Source: Hydrolagus colliei
Lineage: Eukaryota
Assembly (NCBI GenBank): GCA_035084275.1
Contig: CM068749.1
Location: 15,438,001 to 15,502,000 of the forward strand
Length of the DNA: 64,000 nt
Reading direction: 5' to 3'
Shown: in pieces, positions 25,343 to 64,000 of the stretch
Layout: each line of letters starts with the position of its first letter
Position numbering within the stretch: the first letter of the stretch is position 1
Translations under genes and position numbers: made by a program
The notes under the pieces: generated by a model
Database searches by the model: none
The model's input: the letters and a program-made list of their open reading frames with translations, nothing else
What the model was told of the DNA's origin: nothing

Positions 25343-26586
25343 TGTATCACACAGTTATTAATTAAAAAAGCATATATGGAAGCAAGTTTTTTTCAACGAA
25401 TCCACAGAAAGGTAAGTTTACAGTGTAAAACTCTGTACAGCTATCAATTACATTTGAAATTTGTTGTAAGATGACATTGTGATGCCATAAGTCCTCTGTT
25501 GTAACAGACCTATTTCCTCACCCTGGCTGATGCTTTTACCAAGAGTTCAAACCTTGATGAGATGAACCCTAGACAAGAGAAGCCGCTTGGGCTCCCGTGA
25601 GTTTGTAATGTCAAAGCCTGTATCAGTAGAAAATATTGATTGACTATTTCAAACCAAAAGCAATATTACTATTTAAGTGTCACATTATCTCAATAGGACT
25701 TGGAATAATGTATCAGTGATAGGGTGAATATTTTGACTTATGTGTTAGTTGTCAGGTCCCTTTTTTTGTACAGTTGCATACTTGTCGGTAGTTGTCTACG
25801 AGATGCTGTGAAAGATATTTGGATGTTCTTGATGCCTTTACCCCTACACCTCCCCTCCCTCCCCTCTCCCATCTCTCACTGTGCTCAGGCTCCCGCTCCA
25901 TCTATATAAGTGCAAATTGTTGTAATGAAAATATATTCTATTCTTTAGAGTTCATTTTTGTCTTTTCACTCAAGACATCTACATACAGTATTATAATTCA
26001 ACTGAAAGAGTCAGGATATCATTACATGGACTCCTTTGCCATTGCTACTCGTGCTAGCATAGACGATGACAAGAAAAAAAGTAATTTGGCGTTGCAATGG
26101 GAAGATTGCAGGTTTAGGTAATATCAGTGGATTTCTCCAATGTCGATCTGATAACCTGGGAAACTGCAGCTCTTAACGATAGACCAGGTTTAAAAGTAAA
26201 GAACTTGGAGACCCCAAATCGAGATTGCTTCACTGATGAAGCAGGACTTTCGATTTAAAACTCACCCCTTTTAGGTGATAATTACACATGTTGCATGTCT
26301 CACCATCTGCATTATTTCCTAATCTGCAATCTGAAATAACATCTAACCAAATCCTTTCCTAAATCCTTTCCCTTACTTTCATGGAGCTGTGCCGTGCATG
26401 TGATGTTTTATATGGATGTGATAGCGAAGTTTGAGGCTAGAGTAAGAAATAAGTGGAGTTCCAAATCCCATTGTAAAGCTTCAAATAAATTATAAAAGTA
26501 ACCCAACAACATTGCCTGCAGCCATTCTGAAATCTGTATTCTTTTCTTTGTGATTTTTTTTCCTGTTGTTACATCTCTAATCCAGT

Positions 26587-62108
<35,522 letters not shown>

Positions 62109-62382
62109 CTGAAACATGAAAAGTTAGAGTATAACGTGAGAGATAGAAACAGAACACTAAAGAGCCCAAATTAAAATTGACTGCAGTCACTTAGAATTTG
62201 ATTCTTAATGTGCAAAATTATCAATGCCTAAATTTTGACATCTAGTTTCCTGATTCAAAGTTAAAAAAAATTAAAACAAAAGGTAACTACAATAGCAATA
62301 TATAAGCGTGAATGATTGTATCAAGAATTTGGTAGGATTCACAAAGGGATAACAAGAACAACATAGTCAAAAAACAGACTTA

Positions 62383-62570
62383 TAATAATCCTTACATTTG
62401 ATATAGTACCTTATCACATTGTTGAGATGTTTCAAAGTGCTTCACTGAATATATTGTAAAATCGATTGACCGTGAATTTAGTGGGCAAAACGCAGCAGCC
62501 AATTGTGCATAGCAGTGTCCCACAAACAATTGTGGATTGAGTGACCAAATAGTTTTTTTTTTGGGGGGGT
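62383..62570 (-). mobile_element. SINE family A 3' half
   Basis: Tail plus gcagccaattgtgcatagcagtgtcccacaaac. Confidence 0.8.
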
Positions 62571-62789
62571 TACTGGAGAGGAGCTGATTTAAGACTAATT
62601 TACTGCTCCCTTTACTCCCATTTTGTTCTTTGAATTTATCCCCTTATCCTCTTGCCTGAAGAAAGACAACTGATGGTGTCATTTATCATTTCAGGAATGT
62701 GAAGTTTCTGATATTTCATCCAGGCTTGCACCATGAATATTGGTCGTCTGTTCAGCCATGGGGCTGCATTAGCTAAATTCAATATGAAC

Positions 62790-62960
62790 CCTTATTAACT
62801 ATTAGCCAAAATGCACTTCCAGTCTTTATCACTAGATAGCCATCATGAATAGGAACTTTGGCTGATTTCTTTCCTCACTAGCCTGGGGACACTGAGGCCG
62901 ATTGAAGGTTCCCCGCTACAACCCACCTGAGATTGGTTAACTTAATATAGACCAAGTACT
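62790..62960 (-). mobile_element. Old SINE-like repeat (family B); another copy at 63595-63810
   Basis: ggaactttggctgattt...ggacactgaggccgattg...ctgagattggttaact. Confidence 0.45.
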
Positions 62961-64000
62961 GGAGGAGTACCACTAAAATGAAGGATCAGCCTTTGCGCAG
63001 ATTTTAGTACGTAAGCATTTCATGTATTTCTGACCAAAACGACAACATAGCACAGTGTAGGTAACAATATGTGTTCTTCATTAAAATATGAAGAATGCAG
63101 TACAGTAATATTAATATTGTTAAGTTTGATACAGGGCCTTTCATGCCAGGAGGACTTGTCAAATTGCTTTACCGGATTTACTTTAAAGTGCGGATTGTGC
63201 AGGTGAACTCGACTAATATAAACTAGACTCATGAGAGTCTGCTCAACTTTTAGTTGTCAATAACTATTGTTAGAAAAGTGGATGCTATACTCTGCACTGA
63301 TATATTTGCAGCATTTATATGAGAAGGTAATACAAATTAAACGTATAGTTTTTTTATACAATGGGATTGTAAAGGAATTCAAGCCATGCAAAAAATGATG
63401 AAAATGCAATGAAGCATCTTTAAGGGCTGAAACTTCAATATCTTTGAATACAGGAGAAATTTTAAAATCTATGCACATAGTCAGAAAACATAGGCAATAT
63501 TACAATATCCCGATGTTAAGTTATCCATGAGCCAAAGTTTTCTACTTCTGATAAGATTGCTTGCTAACCGTACTGATCAATTTCACAGCTGTGTCCAATT
63601 TTATTCCATCTGATGTTCAAGCACACATAATAGCTTGCAGGGTTAACAGTCATTGGCGAGTGATAAGGAGTAGGAACCTTGGCTGATTTTTATCATCATC
63701 TTGCCAGCCTAAGGCTGAGATTATTGAATTCAGCACAGATTTGGATCTGTAATCATCTGGTCAGTATGGCTTATTGCTATTTCAGTATTTTACCTACTAG
63801 GTCATGAACTGAGCCACTCTGAAAGAGTCTGCCTACCATGGAAAGATGGGATAACTTACAACCCACATAAACTTGGGTTGTATCAGGATGTGTTTGCAAA
63901 ACTGGTTAACTGAATACAGATTCAAATAACATGGAGCATTAGGATGATGACACAACATGGAATGAAAAAACTATACTGTTTGTAATATGAAACACGAGGG

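Noticed and set aside
62109-64000. ADGRL4 exon 1 and promoter
   Set aside because: Candidate donors (for example at 63859 and 63793) lack an in-frame ATG with a phase-1 junction; the first exon is probably beyond the window.

Overview
AT-rich vertebrate genomic DNA. The repeat content (L2 LINEs with (TTG)n tails, HER1-like CR1 LINEs, an abundant tRNA-derived SINE with a (TTA)n tail, Deu-domain SINEs) suggests a cartilaginous fish, plausibly a holocephalan; this is inference only. The one protein-coding gene I can support is ADGRL4/ELTD1 (adhesion GPCR) on the minus strand. It has 15 coding exons from 62108 down to a TGA at 26587, all with GT-AG boundaries and compatible phases (2231 nt). The first coding exon lies beyond the right edge of the window. 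The protein has three EGF domains (one more than human), a GAIN/GPS region with a latrophilin-type HL|TNFAVLM tethered-agonist motif, 7TM, and a very conserved short C-tail. Positions 1-25300 contain no recognisable gene. I found no evidence of a wholly new multi-gene system. The most unexplained signals are three pre-miRNA-sized hairpins (5489-5565, 12340-12401, 35849-35921), the extra cassette-type EGF exon, nested and modular retroelements, and candidate regulatory motifs. Comparisons with human proteins and repeat consensus sequences are from memory, not database searches, and repeat boundaries are approximate.
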